Of a stretch of DNA of 64,000 nt, positions 50,122 to 63,422 are shown piece after piece. Source of the DNA: Takakia lepidozioides (taxonomy: Eukaryota; Plantae; Bryophyta); NCBI GenBank assembly GCA_030704615.1, contig CM060732.1, positions 70,804,001 through 70,868,000 of the forward strand, given 5' to 3'. How positions within the stretch are numbered: position 1 is the stretch's first letter; the number at the start of each line of letters is the position of its first letter. The notes under the pieces were generated by a model, which was given only the letters and a program-made list of their open reading frames with translations, was not told the DNA's origin and ran no database searches. Made by a program: the position numbers and the translations under genes.

Positions 50122-53100
50122 GCAGAAGAAAGCGCAGTGCTGAAAGTCGTGTTTCCTGAAAGAGACTATTTTCCCCAACTTCCGTATGTTGCCTGTTTCC
50201 CCAGTAATCACCAGAAGAACAAATCCCATCTTGAAAGTGGTGGAAATGGGCGAGCTGGGCATGGTGATGTTCACAGCTCCATTGTGGTCACACGTCATAT
50301 CTGAGTTCAGCTGTCAAGTCATGGAAACCCAATGTTGCAGAATTGTTGCTTACCAAGGAACAGTATGCATGAAGAGAGTCCCGATGTAAGGGGCTTTGAT
50401 ACCCCAGAAAGTGGACTATGAGGATCGACCCAACAGATTCAAGAAAGACCACGCACTGAAAAGGTGATCTTCTCTGGACTGCCTGGGGAACATGCAGCAT
50501 CTTAACACCTTTAGCTTCTAGTTGACACGCATTGGTGAGGGCCTCAAATAGTCAGTGTTATTTCCCAAGAGTGCCACATGTGAGAGTCAAGCACACAGTT
50601 TTGCAGTCGTAATCACATGAGAGGAATTCTGAATGGCACAATAATGGATAGCCAGGTTGTGGTGGCAGTTAAGGTGGCTAGGCCAGGGCAACTACCAGGA
50701 TCAGAGTCTAAATCTCACCAACTGCAAGCTACTTGCCCACAATCAGCTCCCCACTGGGGCCATGCTGACTGCACAGTCTAGGGTGGGGACTGGGGCTTTT
50801 GGAGGCAGGGCAGGGTGAACGCATCGCAGGCAGAGATTTGTGGAGAGGGCAGACACTTGAGGCTCCTCACATTTCGGTGTCAGCCTGAGGTGGAAGATAA
50901 TGAAATTCAATGCTGATGTGCAGATCCGCTGAGACAACAAAATAGCTGAAACAAGGGTTGCATAGAGTGCCTGCAGTTCTGTCTTACCACCCCATTCTCC
51001 AAGGGAGCAATTGAATTGTTAATCTATGGTGTGGCATTCCTAGCTAGAAGCTAAGAAGAATCCCATCAAGGATTGTTAGAACAAGAGCTTAAACATGAGA
51101 ATGAGCAGGACTTAAAATCCCAATGGACAACAAAACTTGACCTCAAACAGATTCCATGCATCGTTAATCTTAGAAGCCAGATGACAAGCCAGACCTGTGA
51201 AAGGGGAGGCATTCTACCATGCACCTTTATCCTGAACAATCTTCAGGCGTTTCTCCACTTCAATAACTGCAAACTGGTGTATCTTTCATGGAAGCACACT
51301 TAACTCTTCTGTCCACCATCACTCTGGGGACACAACTGATCCTCCTTTTGACAGAATTTGAATTGCATATAATGGTGTGGTAGATGAAAGGGTCTCCCTT
51401 GCATTCAACTGACTTTTGACAAAGAAAAGTAAGAATTCATTGCAGGGTTCTAGAAAAGAAACTGGACCTTGTCGGTCAGAAATTCAATGTTGTTTGGAAA
51501 GGGAAGCAGAAGAGCTTCAATGCAATCGAGCTGCAACATCTGTGACTGATGAAGGACAGTCACCAATTGCTTGTACCCATAACCATATGACCGAAGTAAT
51601 CCAAAAGAAAAGGAAGCTAGCAGTTAAGAATCAGTGGCTTGCATCTGCTACAATTACAACCATTCTCTTCCCGAACAAAATTTTCTGCGCAAGGCAAAAC
51701 CAATCCACCTTTTCTGTCAGAAGAAGCACTCTGATGAGCATCTCCTACTGGACTACACCGAGCTAACGATGATTAAATAAAGTATCACCCAAAACTGTGG
51801 CTCGATAAGCAACATTTCATAAACAGAGTCTTATATGTCCACTGTGCCCCCACGTCCTCACTCAAGATGTGCAGAAAAACATGAGGCAATGATATCTCAA
51901 CTTTTTAAATCATGTGGAGAATCAATTGCAAGCACATTGACAGTTGCCAAGTACTAGCCAAAGACAACCTTTCTCTAAGACCCGAAACCTCCTTGGCAAT
52001 GCCAGACAAATACAGGACTATGTTCAGTGGGTCTTGAGCCTTCCCTGAAAATAAGAAACCTTTCTCTTGCAAATCAAGGCTGCTTCTTGAAAATCACTGC
52101 CACAGAAACGAGATTTGAAGCAAACATTGCATTGATCATAATCAGACAACAACAGAAGTCAGACTGCTCTATTCTATCATTGACAAGTAGAACAGTTTAA
52201 GTACTTCAAACAAAGAGTTCTGCATCAGTGTCATTTGATAAGCCTTCACCTCCCTCCTTGTTCCTTCAAATGTATGATCTTCATGGGGAGAGCTATACAA
52301 ATTTACAGGAAAATTCCTTAAGAGTTTCGGCTGTAGTAAGTTTGGTGAAACCACACTCACACAAATCCTGAATGTTGGACTGACAGAACAAGAACCCTGG
52401 AAAAGATGTAACTGACATCTCGTCCAGCATCCTCTTCACCATTGCCGAAAGCACTATTACAGTTGAGAGGGATATAGTTCACCAGGTTGGAAGATTTGCT
52501 TGGATACAGTTTATTGGCAAGAACCGTCCCGCAGGTGCTAGATGTGTGCCTGAAAGTGCCTATATGACTGTGACCTCCCTGACAAAAAAGGTTGACAACG
52601 TCTTATGAGTACATTCTATCAGAAGTTCTGTTCTGCAGTTATACACGTTGGTGGTTCAGCTAGTTTTGCAGTTGACAGATCAAAAGAATGTTGAGTCTAA
52701 ATCTGACACCTCCTTGACCTCGTAATTATATATCCTTACCACTTGGAACTTAATGTGTAAAGTTTTGTCATGGTCCATCGTTTGTTGGACAAACTTTGCC
52801 TTTGAAGGGGCAGTTCCGCATACTTATTTGTTAGTCTCCATAAGTAGTGCTAAATGTGGCAGTGCTGTATGCGCCTTCTGAAGGCTTCTGATGGTCTGTC
52901 TCTTCATTTTGGTTAGTGAGGCTCCATAAACTCAGACCAAGTGATTTCGAAGTCATAAAGGCTTCCACTTATTGTACTTACAGCAGATTAGTTCTGAAGG
53001 GCTATAGAGCACCAATGCAGAAACAACTACACGCCTGCATTGTGGCGAACCATTTCTGTGAGAGCAGAAGATAGAACGACAGAGAAAGCATTTGTTGACG

Positions 53101-53409
53101 TGCATTGGTAGCTCAAACAGCTTGGGAGGAAAGTAGAACATGAAAGAGAGAAAAAAAAGAGGAGAGAGCTCAGATCATGGGCGAACGATTCCATACTCCC
53201 GCGGGAAGCTCAAAGAGCTAACTTACAGAGGGAAGCCAACAAAGGCAGTAGGGCCCCTGCACAAGCAGCCCGATATAAGGTTTCGTTTGATCCAGGGAAT
53301 GAGAAATGGTACTTTATAACGTCATCGAAGGAAGTAATATAACGGAAGGAAGTAGCCCAAATATACCAGGCCCAAGGGTCCAACTTGGCTATTATTTTTC
53401 TACCGAATT

Positions 53410-53456
53410 ATCCCATATCGTTTGGCACGAAGTGGGTATGTATCCGCACATATAAA
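53410..53456 (+). promoter_or_regulatory. Plant snRNA promoter: USE + TATA box
   Basis: ATCCCATATCG at 53410-53420 (consensus RTCCCACATCG) and TATAAA at 53451-53456, 28 bp upstream of the U1 start. Confidence 0.9.
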
Positions 53457-53478
53457 GCCGCTCGGTGCAAAGACTAAT

Positions 53479-53637
53479 ATACTTACCTGGGCGGGATCTA
53501 TTGGTGATCAGCAAGGTCAATGGCCTAGGAGAATCCGCACCATTGCACTTCGGTGGGGGTGATCCTAGCGTCTCTCTACGGAGGGCACGCACGTCGTAAT
53601 TTGTGGCAAAGGGGGCTCGCGTTCGCGCGGCCCCCAC
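53479..53637 (+). ncRNA. U1: U1 spliceosomal snRNA
   Basis: 5' ATACTTACCTGG, loop I GATCAGCAAG, U1A site ATTGCAC, Sm site AATTTGTGG, and terminal stem GGGGGCTCGCG-TTCG-CGCGGCCCCC. Confidence 0.96.
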
Positions 53638-54699
53638 GACTCAATCCTAACCCTGGAAGAACCGTAATTGTCTTTGTCCTTGCGGACATGACTTCCTAGG
53701 TAGGGTAAAGCTCCTATTTCTCCATTTCATGGAGATAGATGCCGTTGTAGTCATTACTTGGACATGCTGAATACCATCAAGAGGTATTTCTGGACAGGCA
53801 AACTAATTTAGTCTTTTGTTAACGTCTGTCTACTTCTCGGGCAGTTGTTGAAGTCTCAAAGGTAGTTATAAAACTGCCGTAGTTTATCCTTTCAAGATAG
53901 TATTAAAATTTGCGCAATCTTTTCTTTCACATACAACTGGGTCGCCCAAAAGCAGCACTGATGTACGTGTGGAAATGATAACGAATTTGAATGCTATTTT
54001 GATCATAAGTTATGAAGAGCACCATTGGACTAATTGTACACAATGTCCGATTTGATTTGTAATGAATTGCGGTTTAGACACAGAATTCCAAGCCTCTGCA
54101 GTGGGAAGAACATAATCTAGGACAAGAGAGGTGGTTCAAATCTTTGGTTGAATAAATCACCTTCCGCTCCGGGCCAACAAACCGACTCAACGTTTTTCTT
54201 GCAATGGATAACCATTTGTGAGTTTTCTCCTCGTCCTTGCCTTTTGAAGCTTCTAAGGAGCGACTTAGCAGTAAATCTTTCTTTGCGCGACTGCGCAATA
54301 CGTTCCTGTGCAATGATGTCACATCTTGGATTTGGTGCACTCGAGTTGATGTGAATTTCATGTGTGCTGACAGACTAGTTTCTACTAGATTAGACAGGTT
54401 GAGATGCATCAAACATGGGCTTTCCGCTTGGACACTAGATGTGTAATAGTTATGTCTGAATTTTTCTTTTTATGACTCGCAACTTCTGGTCTACAAATCT
54501 TCATTGAATGTGAGCTTGCCCATGGCAATTTGAGCAGAAATTGGTCAACTTGAAGCTGGTTAATAAGGGGCCTTATTCCTACTTATCCATACATGACTAT
54601 CACAAGAGGTTTACACTAGACATAGGATGGGAGCTAACCGGAGGGCCCCGCGGTCAAATCCACACCCCTGCCTCCCTCCTGTATGCTTCACGCCCATCC

Positions 54700-55010
54700 G
54701 AGGGTCCCACGCTCCATGTTCCCGCTCCGCCGACCCCCTGTTATTGCTCCCTGCTCCTCTGCTCCTCTGTTCTCCGCTCCCCTGCTATTGCTCCCCGCTC
54801 ATCCGCTCCCCTGTTCTTGGAGCGGCGAAGCAGTAAAACAGGGGAGCAATAGCTACACAAGGGAGCCGGGAGTAGTAACAGGGGAGCAATAACAGGGGAG
54901 CGGTGGGGAGCAATAACACAGCGGAGCAGAAACAAGGGAGCGGGTGGGCACAGGGGAGCGAGGAGAACAGGGGAGCAGCGATTCGGAACAGGAGAGCGGA
55001 GATCCGCTTC
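54700..55010. repeat. Fold-back array of ctcccctg(t/c)t / acaggggag(c) motifs, probably a MITE or hAT subterminal remnant
   Basis: The left half has repeated gctcc(c)ctg / ttattgctcc; the right half has their reverse complements ggggagcaata / acaggggagcg. Termini were not identified. Confidence 0.55.
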
Positions 55011-56272
55011 AGGGACTTAGTAAATTTTTGGAGATGCAAAAAACTAATGGTACCTTAGTCAAATCCTTTCACATACGATTTCCATCGTGCCATGGGCGAG
55101 ATTTGAACCCAGCACCCCCGCAATCTGATCTACTGACAACTGATTTCCTGTGATTGCATCTGACGGTTTGGGAGCCTTCTTCTTCCAAACTTTGGGTGTA
55201 GGACCTGTTACATTGCAAATTGTGTATATAGACTAATGACAACTCCCATACTCGACTGTACTACCAGAGTCTTCAGGTGTCGAGACCCTACTATTTGGAT
55301 ATGATGGAGCTGACGACTTGGCATTGAGGACTTTGCCACTGGCCAGGCTACCCCCAAACCACACACTTGATGCTAAACCAAGCAGGTATGGTGGTACGTC
55401 CATATTACCAGGAGGTAGTGCCAGCAGAATAATGTAGGTTCTCATTCGCAGCCGATGCAGTGCATTTGCAAAATCCAGGTCCCAGGATATGAGAACATGC
55501 TGGAGGGGGGTTGTCAAGTGCCCAAAATATCATGTCCACCAACATGGTCTTACCGACTCCCTCCTTTCCTGGGCACCACCCACAGTCCATCCTGTATAAG
55601 GATCACACAATTGGTGATTCACAATACGAAGTTCCACTTGCAACATTGTTTGGACAAGTTACAAGCCGCAACATCCTGCCAACCTTCCAAGCCCCTATAT
55701 CCTTGGCCAGGTGGTCTGATGCAAGTACTACCAATTCCTAGACTCATCCCGACCAGGTGGATCACTTGTGGAACGCCCTGTAGTGAGGGTGTTGTCCTTA
55801 TGTTGACTGATAATTCCAACAGACAGCCCAATCGTTCTAGGGTACTGAACCACTCAGTAGGTGTCATAGAGAACCAGGCAAACATGGGAGGTTATGTGGG
55901 TCACAATCTCATGAGTGAAGCAGACACTGGTTCCACCCAGTTTGCTACTTTGCAGACCAATCAGCAGCGAACTAGTTGGCAGCCCAGGAGGGCTCAAGGC
56001 CAAACTATCACAAGAGTCCAACCTCAAGCTAAGTAAAGGAGACAATTGTCATGTATAATTTACCTCTTGCTGGTTTTGGACCATTTTATTTTCTTATTAC
56101 CAGAGCAGGAATACGGAATGTAAGCTCATGAATCCATATACCACTATAGGACGTTCATTTGACTAATTGTTACAACGTAAATTTAATCATCGCTGATCGA
56201 TAAGCAAATTATGTTCCATGTTTGGCAACACATATGTAAGAGGACACAGTCAAAAGACAAACCGGTCAGGAC

Positions 56273-56790
56273 CAGTGTTGGACTGGTATCAAGTTTTTTA
56301 CATACCAGACTGGTGGTACCAGGCTTATCACAAAACTTTCATACCAGTCCGGTCTATATAGTGGTGGATGTATTTTTTTTCCAAATACTGGTATGAATAT
56401 GAGTGTCATGACCACAATACCAGCTGGTATGAGATGTCAACCCTGGTATCATTCCAAAGCCATCTTGAGTTACAAATTTATCAAGTGGCAAGTATCAAAT
56501 GAAAACAAATAAAATATACATAAAGAAGTAGATATACTTAAGTACACATATATAGGCATATGTACACATAAATCAATTCAGTATACTTACCAGAGTAAAT
56601 GAGGAAGACGGTGGGGGAGTACTGGTATTGTGGCTGGTATGAAAGAACTGACACCAGCCTGGTCTGGTATATGACCAAGTATTCTCCCAAATGATACCAG
56701 ACTGGTCTGGTATCTAATACCAGTGCATATACCAGTATTATATACCAATATTATATACTAGTCCTTCACCTATATACCAGTCCAACTCTG
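56273..56790. mobile_element. hAT-type MITE, 518 bp
   Basis: TIRs CAGTGTTGGACTGGTAT / ATACCAGTCCAACTCTG (1 mismatch). 8-bp TSD GTCAGGAC / GTCGGGAC. Many internal ataccag/ctggtat subterminal repeats. Confidence 0.88.
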
Positions 56791-57799
56791 GTCGGGACGT
56801 GGTGCAAGTCGATGCCTGTGCTTGACAGTGCTGTTTGAATGACTTTTGGCAGCGACTGTATGTCACCATATGTAGAAATCGAGACAGACCCTTTCAAATT
56901 GGCTTCAGCCAGCGATAAGCTTACGTTGTGGGCTATGACATTGGGTTCAGCCCCTCCAGGCACAGGACAATTCTCTCTGTCCCGCCAAACAGATATCTTT
57001 GATGTACTCGGTGTGTAGGCGCTCCCCTTTTCCATCTCGACCTCCCCCGCCCAAGCCACTAGAACCAAGATTAGGAAAGCCTAAATAATATTCTCCACTC
57101 TTGAATAAGTAATAAAGGACAACATCCGAGGCCCTAAGTCAATATCATCGCAAGGGTTACCATCTGCGTCTGCGTTTGGCTTCTCGTTCTAATCCACTAG
57201 TGAATTTTCAAGTGTGCCACGGCATGCAGGAAGCCAATCTGTGAATAAACCCTTCGAATTCCAAATCTCTTCTGAACCTCCATATACTTTGTTACATGAG
57301 CTTGGATTTAGTTGTGAAATTACCATTCGAGTCAAGTTCAATGCATAGTTGTCTTATTCATTAAGAAAATGGAGGTTCAGATACCCTTAAGCAGCCACAA
57401 ACATTCTGACCGTGGTGTTCAAAAATGAAATTGGATTGTGCCTTCAAGAAGAGCATGCAAGTAGCAGTATCATTGCAAACAGACTGGCATCACTACAGTG
57501 GAGGAATGTAAGACTTGCTTCTGTTATACAATTAGACCGCCCATAATCGTCATTGACTGCGATACTGATCTCCTTCAGGATCTACTCAAGGCTTGCAAAT
57601 GCAGCTCACCCATGTTTGAATGTGGTGAGTGTTTTATGTGTCGCATACAACCTTCATCTTTCAACCCCCTGATCTGGCTTCCCGAGAGATTTTTTTTCCG
57701 ACATCTACAATCGTGTTAGGAAATGATTCACTGTCTAACTGGGGTACTGGATTGGGGATGTGCTCCTTCGATCAGTCTGGTCTTTGAACTGCTGTCTGA

Positions 57800-58400
57800 G
57801 GTTGTGTGACCCACTCCTTAAGTGCATCAGCTGCCATCCGGTCAGCCCCTACGTTGTGCTGGCGCGGATATGACACTGTGTCATCAAGGGACGATTTCGT
57901 TCTCTATTCTTGGCTTTCAACACCTCAGTATGGAGCAACTTGAAATTGGTGGACACAAGCAAAGCAGCTGAGGGTTTAGAAGGTCTACACCTGTGATCAC
58001 CTGGCCCTTCCTTAGCAGATGACCTTACTTGTTTAAAGCACCCTTACCCTTTTGATCTCGTTTCCACTGCTCATAGATGGCAGGTAAGTCTGGCTGCATG
58101 GGGCAAAACCTGGTCCAGTGCTCAGTGCTCTTACAAATCAGGCAGGCTGCTCATTCCTGATAATCTAAACCAGTATTGGTTTGACCTCTATAACCTGTCT
58201 TCTTTTCACCATCATCAGAAGTCCGCCAATGACTTTCAGCTTTGAAAGCCTGCAGCTTTGTCCTCACGGTATCCTGCACATTTCTCACAACAGCAGGCAA
58301 CAACTTTAGGCAGCCCTCATCCCCATCAATACCAGTACATGTATCAACATCATGCAACATGACTTGAGACTTTTTGGTAGGAACTAAACCCCTCTTTGCT
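57800..58400 (-). mobile_element. Degenerate retroelement fragment (CCHC knuckle and RNase H-like end)
   Basis: The minus strand reads ACLICKSTEHWTRFCP (~58150-58100) and YPRQHNVGADRMAADAL (~57870-57820). Confidence 0.45.
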
Positions 58401-58618
58401 GCCTTGATGCGAGCTCTCCTTGTCCGTTTTGTATGAGGTTTTCTCCAAAAACACCTGTTCAGCTGGTGGTAACCCTTTGATGAAGGAAATCTTGGTGACC
58501 AAAGGCCTCTCAGCCACCACTGGCACTGCCTTGCATACTGAAGTCCCGATTTCTGTCACTGGGATGCAGCATGCACTTTTCCCAATCCGTGACGGTGTAG
58601 GAAGAGATGAAACGGTGA

Positions 58619-60468
58619 TTATAACTGAGATACACAGCTTCGCCCTGCAGATGCCAGAGTGACTGAGCCACCTTCAGCCAAAATGCAACGTGGGTCCACA
58701 AATTGCTGCCAATCAGTGGGCTTTGCAATGGGAGTGAGCAACGGAGTATTATACAGGGGAGTGCGAGCCTTTCTACCATAGAGTAACTCAAATGGAGAAT
58801 ACCTGGTGGTAGAGTGCACAGAGGTCCGATAAGCAAAAATCAGAGTGGGTAGAGTAGTATCCCAATCACCCAAGAGTGACCCTCTCTTCTCAAGCATGGC
58901 ACACATGGTATGATTGAACCTTTCAGTCAAGCCATTGCATTGAGAATGATAGGGTGCGTTCGAATGATGCTTAACACCCAAATTAAAACACACAATCTGC
59001 ATGAGCTTATTACAAAATTCAGAGCCTTGATCGGTGAGGATCTCCTTAGGATAGCCATGGCGTAAGATGACCTCGTTGAAGAAGAACTATGTCACTGTGT
59101 CTGCATCCTTAGCAGCCAAGGCTTGAACCTCCACCCACTTAGATAGGTAATCAGTTGCCACAACAATGTAACAATGTCCCTTAATCGTAGGCTGGAGTGG
59201 CCCAACAAGATCTAGGCCCACTGATCTGGCAAATGGGTCAGACACCGGAATGGGTTGCAAAGCAAGGGAAAGACGGGTCCTAAGAAGCAGTGTCTAAGAA
59301 TGGCACTCCACACACCAAGAGATAAAGTGTGTAACATCTTGAACCATCCCTTTCCAATGATACCTCTCTTGGAGCCTCTTCCAAGTCTTAGTGATGCCCA
59401 AGTGACCAGCAAAAAGCAGAAGAATAATGCAACTCAAGCAACTCTGGAACTGAATCCCTATTCGGAACCTCCATAGCATGGGTCTGACCTTCCAAGGCAA
59501 TCCTCATGAACAGTTTACCTTCATGTGCCTCACAATGGGGAAAATGATAGTTAATCTGTCTTTGAGTAGCCTTGGATATGCCTGGAAGTTGAGTGTCGGT
59601 CATGCACTTATGGAGTAGAGCCAAATGCAAGTGATTCTCCATACCTGTACACTTAGCAAGACCAGCGAGCAGTGGGTTAATATGAGGAGATAGGCGTGTC
59701 CGCCTCTGTGTTCTCCTATAACATAAGAGCCTCATACCACATCTGAACAGGTAACAGGCAGGGCTGAAGCACAGGTCCTAAGGGGAATATATCATTGCAT
59801 GTAGCTATGTAAAAGACAGAATACCCCTAAGCTAAAGATACAACCACTCTGAAATATGCAGATGCGATCTGTTGCACACCCCTCCACCCACAAGAGAATC
59901 AACCAGGGTCAAATGTCATGAGATCCTAATCATCCAACAAGCCCATAGACCTAGGCATCTCATCAAGCAAGCTACAAAACAAGAGCTGATCTGTAGTGGT
60001 AATAGAAGTAGGAACAGATGCAGGCATGGCAATTAAATCATCAAGAAAAGAGTAAGGGGTGGGAACCTTTGTTTCCCCTCTTGTCAATGCATCAGTGTTA
60101 CCATTTACCTTGCCCTTTTTATAAACAATATCATACTCAAACCCCTGTAGAAGAAAAGACCAGCAAGCCAATCTACCTGATAATTCGCGTGGGGTTTTCA
60201 AGGCTTTGGGAGGCAAGTGGTCAGTCTCAACAGTAAAATAACAACTATGCAAATACTGACGGAAATGCTTGACATCAAATATAACTGCTAGGCCTTCCTT
60301 ATCAGGAATGCTATAATTTCTTTCATGCTTATCGAGTCTTCTAGATGCATAAGCAACAACATGCTCACGACCATCCTTCTTCTGGCTTAGGATGGCTGAA
60401 ACAGCTAGGTTACTGGCATCAGTCAGCAACAACAGACGAGCACAATTTGACACCCAGTGTGGCCACAT
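58619..60468 (-). mobile_element. Degenerate Ty3/gypsy pol fragment (RNase H then integrase)
   Basis: LTDASNLAVSAILSQ..VAYASRRL..NYS..EGLAV..TDH, then GHLGITKT..RYHWKGM..CVEC, then YHSQCNGLTERFNHT..FAYRTSVHSTTRYSPFELLYGR. RNase H before integrase is the gypsy order. Confidence 0.9.
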
Positions 60469-60787
60469 ACCATTCAGGCAGCAAAAGATCCGAGAGAAGT
60501 TGTACGTTGAGAGTACTGCGATGGTGACACCGATTCGGCAGTGGGTAGAAGAGATTGCTTATGCAAGTGATGGTTTGGAGAGAAGAGAACAAGGCGTGAG
60601 ATATACGGAGGCCCTGCCATTGTTTTAGGTTAAGGGCACTTTGGCCAACTTGATGCGACGTACCTAGTCCCTACCCTGTCTGGCAGGGCCAATAAAGAAA
60701 TGAGTGTAACATGTGCCCAACTGGGAACTAAAAACTTTCATGTTCCCATCAAGTCTCATGGGAACAACCCATGATGTAAGGTTAAGG

Positions 60788-63422
60788 TGTAGAGCTCCAG
60801 ATTCTATGGCTGTGCATATGCTCTCCTCTCAGTCCCTTGGATGAGAAGCATGGGGTTGTTGGACATATCCAATAAGAGTGCTGCATCTGGATCTCCAGAT
60901 TAGCCTCTTCGGATTATTTAAATGAAGAGAGACAGGATGTTTTTGGTGTTCAAGCTGCTGCAGTGGGATGTGTGAAGGACTCTGGATGAAACTGTTTTGA
61001 TATTCTGCTGCGTGCAACAATTGGCTTAGCTTGTGTATGTGTTCTGCAATAGATCCTCCCCTTTCAGCTTGGCAAGGTTCTATAGCTTACAATCCCCTGT
61101 GCATGACTTAACCCGCATAGGATAAGAGCATGTGCATGACTTAACCCGCATAGGATAAGAGCATATCCTTGCGACGGTTCTTTTTGGTGGAGATGGGGGC
61201 ATTTAAATCTAACAGCCTTGGTGTTATGATGATGATAGCCTAGGTTCAGTGTGGCTATGGTGGAAAGACGGTTGTACGGGAAATCTAGAAAGATGGCAGC
61301 GCAATCCTCTATGTTCAATCATTTGTCCCTCCTGGTGTACGTTGTTTCTGCTGATTTTGTGTGTCTTGTGTCTTCCTGCTTTGTGAGCGAACATTGTGCA
61401 AACAGCGGCAATGGCTTCCAGTTCGAATGATGTTGCTTCGTTTGTGATTGACAACGATTCGTTTGAAGCTGGTCTTCCTGAGTGTTGTGCATGATACTGC
61501 GTCCCCTGAAGTGCTAAGGCCTTACGAAGGAGAGCCGCCAGCGAGGGGAGACGCGGAGATTCCACTTGACGTGCCCTCTGCTTACTGGATAGAGAAATTT
61601 GAGCATACGGCCGTTGATGAAGCTCGCAAAACCATGAATTCTGAAGGAGAGAAAAGCGAGCAGCGCCACAAGATTGCTGAAGCTAAGCAGGGTGCGTTTG
61701 TTGGCAGACTACTGCAGAAGCTGCATGCAAAAGAAATCGCTAAGTGCTTACCTCGGGAGGTCATCCGTGAGCGACTTAGACAGGGCGAGCTGCTCACTTG
61801 GCCACAGATTGGAGTACCTAAGTTTGTGGTCACCCGAGATCGCACCAACAACCTTGAGAGCTTTCTGCACCCGGAGGTTCCTAGTGGCTATCGCTTTTGG
61901 GAGCTTGTTCGAGGTGGGAGTGCAGCGGTGCTGACAAACATATGCTCTGCCTGGACTGCCGATCAGCCTGCTGATGATTTTTCGTGGGAACAATCCATCA
62001 CTGGCGTCCCACAGCACTTATTTCATCTCTCTGATCGGGATATTGTGATTTTTCCTGGTGAAACCTTTGATCAAGAGAAGGTTGGGCTCTGTCGAGTCCA
62101 GATTCCTATTGAAAAATATCCGTTGCATCTCCCTGGTAGTCAAGGAGAAGGTAGTACGTACCTTTCCAAAAGGCTTGTCTTTGAAACTAAGGCCAGAACT
62201 AACATTTCTCGGGCTGAGGCTGTGCAAGCTCGTAACTACAACAAGAAAGTTCACTACTCAGAGAAATTCTTGGTGGGCTAAACTGTGTGTGTCCGTCTGC
62301 AACTTGGGAAAATAATTTCCAAAGCTTTGAAGCGTATTGAGGGCTCTTATCTCATCATTGAAAACTTCGTGGGAGAAAATTCTTGTTGCTTCCCCAACAT
62401 CATTCCACACCAACCATAACTCACCCTGTGCATGTGGACTCCCTGGTGCACAGCAGATTGGTCTTCGATCTCACCTACATCAATGTAGAAGGCAGGATGA
62501 CTGGCTGATTCTTGTGTGTGATTGAGTGCAGGGATTCAAGGCTGGAGTGTTGCAGCCTTGTGTGTTTTCTAGATGTCCAAGTTGTGGCCTCTCTTGTGTG
62601 CTTTCTGATAGTTCAACCAGTGGCCATCTCTGGTGTTGTGTGGTGTGCAAATAACGGTTTGTTGCAGACTAGCGACATCTGGTGTTAGAGGAGGTGGAAA
62701 ACCTTAGCACGGGCTTTAGCTTCGTGTTAGTTTTTGCATCACTGTTGTAACGTGATTGGGGTTTTTCCCCAGCGAGTTTTGCCCTTAGCCCACTTTGCAG
62801 GTGCAAGGTTTTCTCGCTGCGGGTTTTTTCATCCTTCTCTTGTCGGATAATAGTATTAGGCATGGTGTGATTTGCTTAGCTTCGGTAGTTCAGTATTTCA
62901 GTTAGCTTGTGGGAGCTCGCTTTCCTAGCGGGGGCAAGCTTTACATATGTAGAGCTCCAGATTCTATGGCGGTGCATATGCTCTCTTGTCAGTCCCTTGG
63001 ATGAAAAACATGGGGTTGTTGGACATTAATGATGACAGGGACTATCTTTGGTTATATGATTATCCTACGTTAACAATCACGAGATAAGCCAACCTGGAAA
63101 CTGAGATGGCTGATGTGAGGTCTTGTAATCTGCATGTCCAATAAGAGTGCTGCATCTGGATCTCCAGATTAGCCTCTCCGGATTTTTAAATGAAGAGATC
63201 ATCAGGCTTAGGCAAGATGTTTTGGGTGTTCAAGCTGGTGCAGTGGATGTGTGAAGGACTCTGGATGAAACTGTTTTGATACTCTGCTGCGTGCAACGAT
63301 TGGCTTAGCTTGTGTATGTGCTCTGCAATAGATCCTCCCCTTTCAGCTTGGCAAGGTTCTATAGCTTACAATCCCCTGTGCATGACTTAACCCACAAAGG
63401 ATAAGAGCATATCCTTGCGATG
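60788..63422 (+). mobile_element. Internally deleted (non-autonomous) gypsy-type LTR element; LTRs ~60788-61176 and 62948-63422
   Basis: Direct repeats begin TGTAGAGCTCCAGATTC. PBS TGGTGGAGATG at 61185-61195 (tRNA-Ala-like) and a G-rich tract before the 3' LTR. The internal ORF 61448-62281 ends in integrase C-terminal-like ARTNISRA..QARNYNKK..FLVG*..EGSYLIIE. No RT is present and no matching TSD was found. Confidence 0.8.

Noticed and set aside
52480-52580. Aspartate aminotransferase-like fragment (EVTVI*ALSGT...PTW)
   Set aside because: The similarity is too short and neighbouring segments do not continue it.
55233-56045. Protein-coding gene from the 193-aa and overlapping ORFs
   Set aside because: No recognisable domain or splice structure, and the region lies among TE debris.
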